DNA from: Candidatus Hodarchaeota archaeon
GTDB taxonomy: Archaea; Asgardarchaeota; Lokiarchaeia; Sigyniarchaeales; SOKP01
Reading direction: 5' to 3'
Assembly (NCBI GenBank): GCA_048886685.1
Contig: JBHLKM010000008.1
Coordinates: 96,001-160,000, forward strand
Length of the DNA stretch: 64,000 bases
Position 1 is the stretch's first letter, and each line of letters starts with the position of its first letter. The notes beneath the pieces were generated by a model, which did not search any database, had not been told where the DNA came from, and worked only from the letters and a program-made list of their open reading frames with translations. A program made the translations under genes and the position numbers. Below, one piece after another: positions 30,878-41,957 of this stretch.

Positions 30878-32101
30878 ATGTCAGAAAATTTCAACAATCA
30901 GGAAGAGATAGTGAATCGAATTGATGTACTTGCACCCAATGTCGTTTATGAGAATCCTATTAAGGATGTTCATACAGTTAGGGCTCCATTATCAAGTTGT
31001 GGGTGGATTCAAACAACCGATGGGGTAGTGTTGATTGACACCTTACTATCTAGAACATGGTCTAAAATGGTTCGAGAACGAATTAAAGATAAAATTAAAT
31101 ATATAATTTATACACATGGACATCTTGATCACGTGCGTGGAACCAATGTTTTCATGGATGATCAACCTGAAATTATAGCAAGTAAATACTTACCTGATCG
31201 ATTGGATAAATATAAGATGTTAGCTCAATATAAATCTAGGAAGGATGCACAACAATTTGGTTTCCCGGAGGTTATTCCAAAACTAGATGTAATTTATCCA
31301 ACCAAAACATTTCTTGGGGACATGACAATTTTACTCGGTGATAAAACATTCGAACTTCATACAGCACGAGCAGAAACGGATGATGCGCTATGGGTGTATG
31401 TTCCTGAACTTAAGGCTGCATTTATAGGAGATTTAATTATTAGAAGCTTTCCAAATATTGGTAATCCATGGAAACCTACTAGATTTGCGTTAGATTGGGC
31501 AAAAGAATTAGAAAGGATAAAAGAATTAAAGCCTGAATACATTTTTTATGGTGGTGGGGGAATAATGGCTAAAGGTAAAACCGCTATGAAAGCAATAAAT
31601 GATAATATCGAGGTGATTCGTTCTTTACATGACCAAGTTGTTGATTATATAAATCAAGATGTTCATATAACCGAAATGATTCATAAAGTAAAAATTCCTG
31701 ATCACCTAAAAGAAAGCCCTTTTCTTCAGGCAAGCTATTCTAGATCTGAATTTTTTACTTTTAATGTATACCGTTGGTATCATGGTTACTTTGATGGTAA
31801 TCCGGCCCACCTTTTACCAAGACCAGAAAAAGAGGTTATGGGGGAACTGTACAATCTTATAGGAGATTCATACAAAATTTTAAAAAGAGCACAAGACCTT
31901 TTAGATAAAAATCGGGCCCAACTTGCATTAGAAGTTTTAGATGTCTTAATTCAAGCAGATCCAGAAAATCTTGATGCTAGAAAGATGAGAATTAAACTTT
32001 TAGAGAAGATTGGAAAAGATGATTATTGTTTAATGTCTCGAAATGCGTGGGTTTATTTTATTAAAAAGGATAAAGAGTTTATCAAGTCAAAGAAAAAGTA
32101 A
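30878..32101 (+). CDS. MBL-fold alkyl/aryl-sulfatase-like protein, paralog of 26091..27296
   Basis: THGHLDH, AETDD, PNIGNPWKPTRFALDWAK. Confidence 0.85.
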   Translation: MSENFNNQEEIVNRIDVLAPNVVYENPIKDVHTVRAPLSSCGWIQTTDGVVLIDTLLSRTWSKMVRERIKDKIKYIIYTHGHLDHVRGTNVFMDDQPEIIASKYLPDRLDKYKMLAQYKSRKDAQQFGFPEVIPKLDVIYPTKTFLGDMTILLGDKTFELHTARAETDDALWVYVPELKAAFIGDLIIRSFPNIGNPWKPTRFALDWAKELERIKELKPEYIFYGGGGIMAKGKTAMKAINDNIEVIRSLHDQVVDYINQDVHITEMIHKVKIPDHLKESPFLQASYSRSEFFTFNVYRWYHGYFDGNPAHLLPRPEKEVMGELYNLIGDSYKILKRAQDLLDKNRAQLALEVLDVLIQADPENLDARKMRIKLLEKIGKDDYCLMSRNAWVYFIKKDKEFIKSKKK

Positions 32102-32180
32102 TAGAATAATTTATTTTCTTTTTTTTTTCTAAGTATTTTAAATCCAGTTTTAACTTTAGATCAATAAAAAGAATAAAGTG

Positions 32181-33521
32181 CTATTCTACTGTTTTCAAAT
32201 CTAGACCATAACTTTCTGGTATATAGACTAGAACAAGTGGAATTATTGGGAACATAAAGCATGTCAAAACGAGAGCTATGAACTGAATCCCGAATATTGG
32301 AAACAATGGAGCAGTAAAAACTCCTAGAAGTAACCCTGTTATGCTCATCACTAAAACCAACAGTCCGTTCCCAATCCCTCTTACATCTGTCGGAATAACC
32401 TCAATCGAAATTATCATCATTAAAGTCCATAATCCTGCTCTTGTTGACATTCCAAGTATTTTCAATATTATCATTACCATAAATCTCGTTTGTTCAGAGG
32501 GAATATGAGCCCCCCAAGTAAATTGTAAAATTACTGAAATAGGATATAAGAAACTATAAACGATTAACAAAACTTTTCTACCAGAGCGATCTGCTATTTT
32601 TCCTGTGATGATATAAAAAATTATGAGACCGAAAAGTCCGATCATTGAGATCATACTGAATTCTTCAGAACTCATTAAGGAATAATTCATGAAATAAGGT
32701 TCTAATAAATTACCTGAACCAACCGCAATGGTAAATAAAACTGAAATTATTATTAATACAATATAACCTTTCTTTCTCCCTCTCCCAAAAATTACTTCAA
32801 TACTCTCCCTAAAAGAATATTTAATCTCGGATTCCTCATTTAATTCTAAATCTCCACCTTTCTTTTTAAACAAATAAGCAGAAGTTTCCTTGATAGTAAA
32901 AATTATCAATAAGGTAGTGAATAAACCAGTTATTACTGAAAAATATAATACGCCTTTCCAGTGAGAAATAGTATATTCTTTATCATTAGTAATAAAAATT
33001 GAACGATTTATGTAAAAAGTTATTGGCCCAATTATCCCTATAAGTAAAATAATCGTTGACCATATCGCATTTTTCCCTTTTGGAGATTCTTCGTTTACAT
33101 AAATCATCCATACATTCACATTTGCCGCTACAGTTAAAAAAAAAGTTGTTATTGTAAAAATAAGAAGAGAAGTCGTTAAAATTTGAATTAATGGCATTAT
33201 TGTTAAAGTTACTCCGGATAAAATCAAAATAGGTTTTCTCCCCACTTTATCGGCAAATTTTTGGATAAAAATAGAGAAAAAACTCCCCAATCCAGCAATA
33301 ATCCCAACATAAGAAAGATAAGTCAAGCCGGTTTCGAAATCCAAATTCGGGAAAAAATACCAGACAAGAGCAGTTGTTTTTCCTCCTTCTAGTGTGTATG
33401 CACGAAAGGCTACAAAAAGAGATAAAATCCCTAACAAATAATATAGATAATGCTTTGAACGTGAAGCTTTAGAAGGAATACTAGTGGTTATATCGGTTTT
33501 TGTGGGTTTGTTAGTCGTCAA
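32181..33521 (-). CDS. MFS transporter
   Basis: About 12 hydrophobic segments; ADKVGRK and ADRSGRK motif-A loops; PES at the C-terminus. Confidence 0.88.
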   Translation of the reverse strand: MTTNKPTKTDITTSIPSKASRSKHYLYYLLGILSLFVAFRAYTLEGGKTTALVWYFFPNLDFETGLTYLSYVGIIAGLGSFFSIFIQKFADKVGRKPILILSGVTLTIMPLIQILTTSLLIFTITTFFLTVAANVNVWMIYVNEESPKGKNAIWSTIILLIGIIGPITFYINRSIFITNDKEYTISHWKGVLYFSVITGLFTTLLIIFTIKETSAYLFKKKGGDLELNEESEIKYSFRESIEVIFGRGRKKGYIVLIIISVLFTIAVGSGNLLEPYFMNYSLMSSEEFSMISMIGLFGLIIFYIITGKIADRSGRKVLLIVYSFLYPISVILQFTWGAHIPSEQTRFMVMIILKILGMSTRAGLWTLMMIISIEVIPTDVRGIGNGLLVLVMSITGLLLGVFTAPLFPIFGIQFIALVLTCFMFPIIPLVLVYIPESYGLDLKTVE

Positions 33522-33571
33522 AATAATAGAAAAGAGAATTTTTTTGGTTAAAATTTTAAACCTTTAATTGT

Positions 33572-33646
33572 TTACTTTTTCGCAATTCCAACACTTACAG
33601 CTCCCTGCTCTAATAAAAATTTTTCAACTTCTTCATTTAGATTAAT
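33572..33646 (-). pseudogene. 24-codon remnant resembling the N-terminus of QueG/reductive-dehalogenase-like Fe-S proteins
   Basis: SD GGTGA (33654-33658), ATT start, (M)NLNEEVEKFLLEQGAVSVGIAKK*; GAxxVGIA is typical of that family. Confidence 0.55.
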
Positions 33647-33821
33647 GCTTTTATCACCAGATTATCCCCGTTAAAAAAGCATTTAATACTAATCATTTTT
33701 GATTGTAAAAAACTTTTTCATTATTTTATGAAATGTAAACCTTTCTTGGCATTCATGAGATAAAATCATAAACTTAAGATAATATTAAGTTTTTCTCTAA
33801 ATATCGTTGCAGGTGATCATT

Positions 33822-34856
33822 ATAAAACCTATTAACAAATTTAAAACTTATAAGTTTGATGCGGCACCCTTCTTCTTTTTTATCGACATTTTTCCTCCTG
33901 ACTATCCTTTCGTAGATAAACCAGATTTTGCGAATTTAATCAATTCTATTGGAACAAATCCAATTATGCCCTTACCAATGAGAGTTGATCGAGTATTCAA
34001 TGGTGAAAAATCGGTTTTAATACGACCAAGAGAACCAATTTCTTTTCCAATAACCGAGGATTTTACAGCATTAATTAATCCTTCCCAGTTTCTTAAATTC
34101 GGTTTTGAAAAATTGTTGTATTATACTGAAATTCGATCTCGTGAGGCATTCTTTGTATCTCTTTCTCAAGAAAGAGTCTCGAAATGGTGGGCTTCTACTA
34201 AGTATCTTTATGGAAATCTAACTGCTATGGAAGAAGATTTCTCTGCTTTCTTAAGAGCTTATTTACATACAATTATTAAAGCAAAAGTGCTTGAGGAAGA
34301 TCTCATAGATGCTGCACTTAATTATTGTCAATTAGTATCAGATCTTTGTAGAAAACGATTAGAACAAAATACAATTCTCGTTGAAGTAGATGGAAAGCAA
34401 GAAAATGTGAAAATGTATAAAGTGAAAGAAGCTACATACTATAGAAAATTAAAAAAGTCTACAGAAACTGAATATCATCCAGAGTTAATAGACATTGAAA
34501 TATATGATCTCACAGACTTAGGTTTCTCAAATGAAAAAGATGATCGAGCTAGCCAATTGATTGGATTAAAAAAAAAATTGATAAAATATATCCCGCTTCT
34601 CTTTTATGATGATTTACTTGAATGCATGCTTCAAAATAAAAAAAGGCTCGAAGAAGATAAAAAAGATATTATAGATCCTTCTTTTCTTTTAGATAAAGGA
34701 ATTATTGCTACTAAAAACTCAAAAGATCTAGAGGAAATGAACATGGATGATTTCTCATGGTGGAAAAGTTTTGATACTATTAATTTTACCCCAATTTTGG
34801 AATCTATTAGAAAAACTCAACGAGAATTTCTCCTTACCTTTGAATTTGAGAAATAA
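33822..34856 (+). CDS. Hypothetical protein; possible ATA start
   Basis: Long ORF; AGGTGA at 33811-33816 lies inside the called TTG/GTG starts and 5 nt before ATA-AAA-CCT. Confidence 0.7.
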   Translation: MKPINKFKTYKFDAAPFFFFIDIFPPDYPFVDKPDFANLINSIGTNPIMPLPMRVDRVFNGEKSVLIRPREPISFPITEDFTALINPSQFLKFGFEKLLYYTEIRSREAFFVSLSQERVSKWWASTKYLYGNLTAMEEDFSAFLRAYLHTIIKAKVLEEDLIDAALNYCQLVSDLCRKRLEQNTILVEVDGKQENVKMYKVKEATYYRKLKKSTETEYHPELIDIEIYDLTDLGFSNEKDDRASQLIGLKKKLIKYIPLLFYDDLLECMLQNKKRLEEDKKDIIDPSFLLDKGIIATKNSKDLEEMNMDDFSWWKSFDTINFTPILESIRKTQREFLLTFEFEK

Positions 34857-35033
34857 TTAATTGTAAATCGATCTAAGATTAATCTTAATATCTCTTTCTA
34901 CTAATTTAACGTAGTTAATTAAAAACTAACTTTAAAGTTAGTATATATTTAACTCGTTAATAAACAATCTTAAAAGAGATAATAATCTATTTATGTTTTA
35001 AGAATGTATGAGAAGCTTACCACATTTTTGTAA

Positions 35034-36170
35034 ATGTTGTACAAGAAAGAAAGACCAGCAATTTTAATGCTTAAAAGTGGGAAATACTTCGAGGGTGTAG
35101 GATTCGGAGCGATAAAACAAGTTACTGGAGAACTGGTTTTTAATACAATGACAGGTGCTGGTTATAACGAGACTTTAACGGATCCCTCATATCAAGGTCA
35201 AATTGTTACAATGACCCATCCTCTCATAGGAAATTATGGTGTTCCCCCTTGGGAGAAGGATAAATATGGTATTTTAAAACATTTTGAATCAGATTCCATA
35301 AAAGTGTCAGGTTTTATCGTGAATGAATGTTGTAAAAAACCCAGCCATTATGAGAGTATAAAAACTTTAGATGATTTCCTTCGCGAGGAAGATATCCCTG
35401 GAATCGAATGGGTAGATACTAGGGCGATAACAAAACTATTAAGAGAAGAGGGTGTTCAAGTAGGATTACTCTCTGTATTAAACTCAGGAGAAAAACCTGA
35501 TTTTGAACAATTAAAAGAGGATGTTATAAAAGCAGAAGATCCTAATCTACGACATTTAGCAAGTGAAGTTTCAACAAAAGAAGTAAAAATTTATAGTCAA
35601 CCTAACCCGATCGGAAAAGTTGTTGTCTTAGATATGGGAGTAAAATTGAATATCTTACGAAATTTTGCAGAAAGAAGATTAGAAATTATAGTTGTCCCAT
35701 ATGATTATTCCTATGATCAAATTATGGATTTTCAGCCAAATGGAGTTTTTATATCAAATGGTCCAGGAGACCCTGCATTGTATAAGGGCGCTATTAATGT
35801 TTGTAAGAAATTAATAGAAAATAATATCCCAACATTTGGAATTTGTTTAGGAAATCAAATTATAGGATTAGCTGCAGGAGGATCATCTTATAAACTGAAA
35901 TACGGGCATAGAGGGGGGAACAAGACAGTTATAAATACTGAGACAAACCACTGTTATATTACTTCTCAAAATCATGGTTTTTGTGTAAAAGATTTTGAAA
36001 TTGGCGGTTTTAGGGAGTTTTTAAAAAATATTGATGATAAATCCAACGAAGGATTAGTTCATGAACATAAACCTATTTTTGCTGTACAATTCCACCCTGA
36101 AGCTTGTCCTGGCCCCCTAGACTCTTTATATCTATTTGATAAATTTATGGAAGTAATGGAGCTAAAATAA
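35034..36170 (+). CDS. carA: Carbamoyl-phosphate synthase small subunit
   Basis: LTDPSY, SNGPGDP, FGICLG, SQNHG, QFHPE. Confidence 0.97.
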   Translation: MLYKKERPAILMLKSGKYFEGVGFGAIKQVTGELVFNTMTGAGYNETLTDPSYQGQIVTMTHPLIGNYGVPPWEKDKYGILKHFESDSIKVSGFIVNECCKKPSHYESIKTLDDFLREEDIPGIEWVDTRAITKLLREEGVQVGLLSVLNSGEKPDFEQLKEDVIKAEDPNLRHLASEVSTKEVKIYSQPNPIGKVVVLDMGVKLNILRNFAERRLEIIVVPYDYSYDQIMDFQPNGVFISNGPGDPALYKGAINVCKKLIENNIPTFGICLGNQIIGLAAGGSSYKLKYGHRGGNKTVINTETNHCYITSQNHGFCVKDFEIGGFREFLKNIDDKSNEGLVHEHKPIFAVQFHPEACPGPLDSLYLFDKFMEVMELK

Positions 36171-36171
36171 A

Positions 36172-39100
36172 ATGCCATTAGATAAGAGTATAAAAAAAGC
36201 ATTGGTGCTTGGATCTGGTGGTATTCGAATTGGGCAGGCAGGTGAATTCGATTATAGCGGGTCGCAAGTTCTGAAAGCTTTACAGGAAGAAGGAATAGAG
36301 ACGATTTTGATTAACCCTAATATAGCAACAATCCAGACTGATCCTCAAATGTCGGATCGCGTCTATTTATTACCTCTAAATATTAAATATGTAGAAGAAG
36401 TCATTAAAAAGGAGATGCCTGATGGTTTATTATTATCTTTTGGTGGTCAAACAGCATTAAATGTCGGAGTTGAATTAAGTGAAGAAGGTATATTAGATAA
36501 ATATAAATTAAGAGTATTAGGAACGCCAATAGAAGCTATTGAAGCAACAGAAGACCGAGATCTATTTGTTAAAGCAATGGAGCGATCTAATGTTAAAGTA
36601 TGTAAAAGCCAAGCGGTAAACTCATATTCAGAAGCGTTAAAGGCTGTTGAAGAAATTGGATTTCCTTGCATGATTCGAGTAGCATATACTTTAGGTGGAA
36701 GAGGATCTGGTATTGTTAATAATATGAAAGAATTCGAAAGAATGGCTAAGAAAGCTTTAGCTCAATCAAGGATTAATCAAATTCTTATTGAAGAGAGTAT
36801 ATGGGGCTGGAAGGAAATTGAATACGAAGTTGTAAGAGATTCTGAAGATAACTGTTTTATTAATTGTAACATGGAGAACTTTGATCCAGTGGGACTCCAC
36901 ACAGGTGAATCTTTTGTTGTAAGCCCTAGTCAAACACTTACCAATGAAGAATACCAGATGCTTCGTTCTGCATCAATTAGAGTTATTCGAAATCTTGGCA
37001 TTATTGGGGAGTGTAATATTCAATATGGGTTAGATCCATTTTCAAAAGAATTTCGAGCAATAGAGGTAAATGCTAGACTTTCAAGATCGTCAGCATTAGC
37101 CTCAAAAGCGACGGGGTATCCTTTAGCATATATAGCAGCAAAACTAGCAATAGGCTATACCTTACCCGAATTAAAAAACAAAATTACTGGAATTACCACC
37201 GCATGTTTTGAACCCGCATTAGATTATCTAGTGTTAAAGATTCCAAGATGGGATCTCACTAAATTTAAAAAAGTTGACCGAAGATTAGGTTCCCAAATGA
37301 AAAGTGTGGGAGAAGTAATGGCAATTGGTAGAACATTTGAAGAAGTGCTTCAGAAAGCTATTCGGATGTTAGACATTGGTATGAAAGGATTTGTAGCCAA
37401 TGATTTAGAACCCATTGATGACATCAATGAATTAAAGTATGCTTTAAGAAATCCGACCGACTTAAGAGTGTTCAGAATTGCTGAAGCAATTAAAAGAGGA
37501 ATTTCTATCGATGAAATTTATCGCCTATCAAGAGTAGATACATGGTTTCTTCATAAATTAGAAAATATAATTGATATTGAACGTAATTTAAAAAATCTGG
37601 ACTTACTAGAGACCTCAGATAATGAAAAAAATTACTGGCTAGAAAGGGCAAAAAGGTATGGCTATTCTGATGGACAAATTGCCAAAATAATGGGAGTAGA
37701 TACAATATTTATAAGACAATTGAGAAGAAAATTAGGAATTCATCCTTTTGTTAAAAGGATTGACACTTTAGCTGCCGAGTGGCCAGCAGTAACAAATTAT
37801 TTATATCTCACGTATAATGCATCCGAACATGATATAGATTTTGAACAGGAAAATAAATCAAATCTTAGAAAAGTAATTGTTCTAGGCTCAGGTACTTATC
37901 GTATTGGAGCATCTGTCGAGTTCGATTGGGGATCTGTTAATTGCTTATGGGGTTTAAAAAAATTAGGCATTGATCAAGCAATTATGATTAATTATAACCC
38001 TGAAACGGTATCTACTGATTACGATATATCTGATAAATTATACTTCGAAGAAATCTCTGGTGAAAGAGTACTTGATATTTGTGAACTGGAAAAAGCAACT
38101 GGTATAGTAGTATCTGCTGGAGGTCAGATAGCAAATAATTTAGCTGCAAAAATCACAAAATATTCTGAATTCTTTAGAAAAACTAATTTGAAGATCCTTG
38201 GTACCCATGGTACAAGAATAGATATGGCAGAAGATAGAAGTAAGTTTAGCGCGTTATTGGACCAGTTGAATATAAAACAACCAGATTGGAATGCATTAAT
38301 AGAGAAAGATGAGGCAATAAAATTTGCCAAAGAAGTTGGTTATCCTGTGTTAGTTAGGCCATCTTATGTGTTAAGTGGAGCTGCTATGAGAGTGTGTTAT
38401 GATGAAAAAACGCTCAGGGACACTCTTGATCTTGCTGCTTCTGTTTCAAGAGAATATCCGGTTGTAATTACTAAATTTTTCATCAATGCAAGGGAGATTG
38501 AATGTGATGGAATTTGCGATGGAGATAATGTACTAATCGGCGCCATAGTAGAGCATATAGAAAATGCTGGAATTCATTCGGGAGACGCTACTATGTCCAT
38601 TGGTTTTTATACTATTTCAGACGAAGTTATTAAGGAAATTGAGGGTAATACCAAAAAGATTGCACTTGCATTAAAAATCCAAGGACCTTTTAATGTTCAA
38701 TATATGATTAAGAACGGAGATGTTTATGTAATTGAGTGTAATTTACGTAGTTCAAGATCTATGCCATATGTCTCGAAAACTCGAGGGATTAACTTAATGA
38801 GATTAGCAGCAGAGGTAATAATGGGCAACGAAATTCCTAAAAGACTCCTAAATCTACCTTATGGAAACTATGTTGGAATTAAAGCCCCAATGTTTTCTTT
38901 TCTAAGATTAGATAAAGCCGATTTTCGACTTGGGGTTGAAATGGCATCTACAGGGGAGATTGGAATAATAGGAGACGATTTTCAAGATGCGTTAATAAAA
39001 GCTTTAGAAGCTACTGAAATGCGTATCCCTGTGGAGGGCGGGAATGTATTAATTTCAGTAGGTGGAGAAGAACTAAAGAAACAAATAATTCCTCTTGCCA

Positions 39101-39483
39101 AAAAATTAAAGAGTTTAGGCTTTACAATATTTGCTACAGAAGATACGGCATTGGCATTAAAAAACAGTGGAATTTATGCTGTAAAACTCTACAAAATTCA
39201 AGAGGCTGGGATGGAACCAAATATTATGGGTTGTCTTCAAAATGGAGCAATTGACTTAGTAATTAATATTCCTCTACCAACTACAGTAGAGGAAAAATTT
39301 GCCAAAATAATAGAGGATGAATACAAAATTAGAAGGATGGCGGTCGATTATAATATTCCAGTGATAATAAATTTACAACTTGCAAGAGCAGTTGTAGATG
39401 CGATAGGAAATGTTCGGAAAAAAAAAGTTGAGATAAAGTCTCTTAACGAGTATCATCAGAATTTAAAAGAAGTTTATTGGTAA
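36172..39483 (+). CDS. carB: Carbamoyl-phosphate synthase large subunit
   Basis: GQAGEFDYSGSQ, EVNARLSRSSALASKATGYP, NPETVSTDYD, RPSYVLSG, C-terminal MGS domain. Confidence 0.98.
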   Translation: MPLDKSIKKALVLGSGGIRIGQAGEFDYSGSQVLKALQEEGIETILINPNIATIQTDPQMSDRVYLLPLNIKYVEEVIKKEMPDGLLLSFGGQTALNVGVELSEEGILDKYKLRVLGTPIEAIEATEDRDLFVKAMERSNVKVCKSQAVNSYSEALKAVEEIGFPCMIRVAYTLGGRGSGIVNNMKEFERMAKKALAQSRINQILIEESIWGWKEIEYEVVRDSEDNCFINCNMENFDPVGLHTGESFVVSPSQTLTNEEYQMLRSASIRVIRNLGIIGECNIQYGLDPFSKEFRAIEVNARLSRSSALASKATGYPLAYIAAKLAIGYTLPELKNKITGITTACFEPALDYLVLKIPRWDLTKFKKVDRRLGSQMKSVGEVMAIGRTFEEVLQKAIRMLDIGMKGFVANDLEPIDDINELKYALRNPTDLRVFRIAEAIKRGISIDEIYRLSRVDTWFLHKLENIIDIERNLKNLDLLETSDNEKNYWLERAKRYGYSDGQIAKIMGVDTIFIRQLRRKLGIHPFVKRIDTLAAEWPAVTNYLYLTYNASEHDIDFEQENKSNLRKVIVLGSGTYRIGASVEFDWGSVNCLWGLKKLGIDQAIMINYNPETVSTDYDISDKLYFEEISGERVLDICELEKATGIVVSAGGQIANNLAAKITKYSEFFRKTNLKILGTHGTRIDMAEDRSKFSALLDQLNIKQPDWNALIEKDEAIKFAKEVGYPVLVRPSYVLSGAAMRVCYDEKTLRDTLDLAASVSREYPVVITKFFINAREIECDGICDGDNVLIGAIVEHIENAGIHSGDATMSIGFYTISDEVIKEIEGNTKKIALALKIQGPFNVQYMIKNGDVYVIECNLRSSRSMPYVSKTRGINLMRLAAEVIMGNEIPKRLLNLPYGNYVGIKAPMFSFLRLDKADFRLGVEMASTGEIGIIGDDFQDALIKALEATEMRIPVEGGNVLISVGGEELKKQIIPLAKKLKSLGFTIFATEDTALALKNSGIYAVKLYKIQEAGMEPNIMGCLQNGAIDLVINIPLPTTVEEKFAKIIEDEYKIRRMAVDYNIPVIINLQLARAVVDAIGNVRKKKVEIKSLNEYHQNLKEVYW

Positions 39484-39691
39484 TTCTTCTTTTTTCTGTG
39501 CTATCTTTTATTAATGAAACTATTAATGACAGTAAGAAATTTAGTGATACTAAAGGGTTTAAGTTCTTAGCTATAGTTGTTCTTAGTATAATATTTAAAA
39601 GTTAATTAATAGAAATCTTGAAAAATCTTGAAAATATATCACAATTTATTATTTATTTAATATCTGAAGATTTAACTTAGGTGTCAATTAG

Positions 39692-39976
39692 ATTTATTTT
39701 CGTGGTTACATTTTAATTCGATTGAAAATCATCGGGACTCAATGGAAAGTTGCAGAAAAACTAAAAGGTCTAAAACCTAAAAACTCAAAAGAAGATTGGG
39801 AAATAACATACGCTACACCTATTTATGGGGGATGGGATTTAATGGTTGAGTGTAGCTTTAACGATTTGGATGACTTAGAAAAAATTGTTACTTTTTGTCG
39901 AACTGATGAGGAATTATCTGAATGGATAGAAGCAACTACAACCCTAATTAGTACAAAGAGGAATTATCCCCCTTAA
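39692..39976 (+). CDS. Stand-alone Lrp/AsnC ligand-binding (RAM) domain; ATT start
   Basis: (M)YFRGYILIRLK...YATPIYGGWDLMVE...IEATTTLI; in-frame TAG at 39689-91 directly precedes ATT; SD AGGTG. Confidence 0.75.
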   Translation: MYFRGYILIRLKIIGTQWKVAEKLKGLKPKNSKEDWEITYATPIYGGWDLMVECSFNDLDDLEKIVTFCRTDEELSEWIEATTTLISTKRNYPP

Positions 39977-40103
39977 ACGGGTATACTATAGTTTGAGATA
40001 TTTTAAATTCTTACTCTGAAAGGTAAAACTCTATTAATCATCAAATATTTCAAATAAAATAATTTAGATACATTTTTTCTGTTAAATAAGACAATTAATA
40101 AGG

Positions 40104-41954
40104 ATGAAGAAACGTAAAAGCAATACGATTCAAAAACGTATTGTTGAGTTCTCTCCGGAAGGTTCGGATCCGTTTGAAAAAGCCCGTCATAAAGGTTCAC
40201 GGAGTTGGATTTATTCACATTTATTTTATAAATCCAATAAGTACCTAATTATAATCGTATTATTTACAACAATTTTAACGTCCAATTTATGGTCTATAAC
40301 TTCTATTCTTATTGGTAATGCCATTACAGATTTCTTCTTAGGGAAGACTGATTCGTTATTATATTATACTGTTTTTATTTTATTGTTAAACGTTGGTTCT
40401 CCATTTTTGAGGATGTTAAGCTTCGCACTAAGAGAAGTCTTAGCTCATAGAATGGAAAGAGATTGTAGAAGAGAATTTTATTCTAATCTTTTAGGGAAGA
40501 GTCAATCTTTCCATGAACAGCAGCAAATTGGGACACTTATGGCATTAGCAACCAATGACGTTCGTATGCTTAATTTTCTTATCAGTCCTGCGATTTCTTT
40601 AATATTCGAATCTTTCACAGCTTTGGTAATTCCTTTAATATATGTTATAATTTTTTATCCAGTTCAATTAATATTAGCTCCCTCTGTTTTTGCAGTATTA
40701 TTTATAATTTCTTTAAGGTCTTATGTTAACAAAATAGCTCCAATATCTTGGAAACTGAGAGGTTTCTTTGGTAGCATGAATACTACTTTAAATGAGACTC
40801 TTACTGGCATTGAGGTTGTTAAAGCTACTGTTCAAGAGGCAGGTGAATTAGAAAAATATGTTTTAAATGCAAGTGGATATCGAGATGCTTTTATTGAACA
40901 AGGTCATGTTCAAGCAAGGTATCTCCCTTTTTTAATATTAGCTTTAACTATTACTTTTGGTCTAACTCATGCAATTATTCTACATTTAACACTTGGGGAG
41001 CTTATATTCCCGATCGGTTTTATTGTCGGTTATATGGCATTATTAGGGCAATTAGGTTTTCCAACACAAATTTCTATATTTGTGTTTGCCATTGTTCGGG
41101 TAGCAATTACGAGTGCTCAAAGGCTCCTTAATACAATGAATTTAGAAACTGAGATTGATGAAAATATTTCAGGAATTTCAAAACCATTAAAAGGGGGAAT
41201 AACGTTTGAAAATGTCTCTTTCTCTTATCCCGGAAGTGATAAACCTGTACTTAATAATATTAATTTACAGGTGAGGCCGGGACAGACAGTAGCTATTGTA
41301 GGTACAACAGGTTCAGGAAAAACAACCCTTACTAAATTGATATCTCGTCTATATGATGTTGATAAAGGTAAAATTTTAGTTGATAATGTTGATATTCGTG
41401 ATTATGCTCTAAAATCATTGAGGAGTCAAATATCTTATATAGAACAAGATGTTTTTTTGTTTTCAGATTCAGTGTTTAACAACATCTCATTTGGAAGAAC
41501 ATCATCAGAAGAAGAAATAATAAAAGTTGCAAAAGAAGCGCAAGCTCATGAATTTATCTGTGAATTACCTGATCAATACGAATCTGAAGTTGGAGAAAGA
41601 GGAGTTCAATTAAGTGGTGGAGAACGACAAAGAATAGCGATAGCTCGAGCTTTTCTGTCTGATCCAAGAATTCTGATCTTAGATGATTCAACGTCCTCAA
41701 TAGATTCGAATACAGAAGATAAAATACAAAGAGCAATTCGGAATATCCTCAAAGATAGAACCACACTTCTTATAACTCATAGACTTTCACAAATTAGATG
41801 GGCTGACCTAATAGTTGTCTTAAAAAAAGGAGAGATAGCAGCAATGGGAACACATGATGAACTTTTATCTACTTCGGAAGAATATAGAAAGATTTTCGTT
41901 AAAAAGTTTGATATCGATATAGAAAAACTTATAATACAAGATACGGGTACTTGA
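40104..41954 (+). CDS. ABC exporter half-transporter (TMD+NBD)
   Basis: GTTGSGKT, LSGGERQR, degenerate Walker B ILILDD. Confidence 0.93.
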   Translation: MKKRKSNTIQKRIVEFSPEGSDPFEKARHKGSRSWIYSHLFYKSNKYLIIIVLFTTILTSNLWSITSILIGNAITDFFLGKTDSLLYYTVFILLLNVGSPFLRMLSFALREVLAHRMERDCRREFYSNLLGKSQSFHEQQQIGTLMALATNDVRMLNFLISPAISLIFESFTALVIPLIYVIIFYPVQLILAPSVFAVLFIISLRSYVNKIAPISWKLRGFFGSMNTTLNETLTGIEVVKATVQEAGELEKYVLNASGYRDAFIEQGHVQARYLPFLILALTITFGLTHAIILHLTLGELIFPIGFIVGYMALLGQLGFPTQISIFVFAIVRVAITSAQRLLNTMNLETEIDENISGISKPLKGGITFENVSFSYPGSDKPVLNNINLQVRPGQTVAIVGTTGSGKTTLTKLISRLYDVDKGKILVDNVDIRDYALKSLRSQISYIEQDVFLFSDSVFNNISFGRTSSEEEIIKVAKEAQAHEFICELPDQYESEVGERGVQLSGGERQRIAIARAFLSDPRILILDDSTSSIDSNTEDKIQRAIRNILKDRTTLLITHRLSQIRWADLIVVLKKGEIAAMGTHDELLSTSEEYRKIFVKKFDIDIEKLIIQDTGT

Positions 41955-41957
41955 AAA

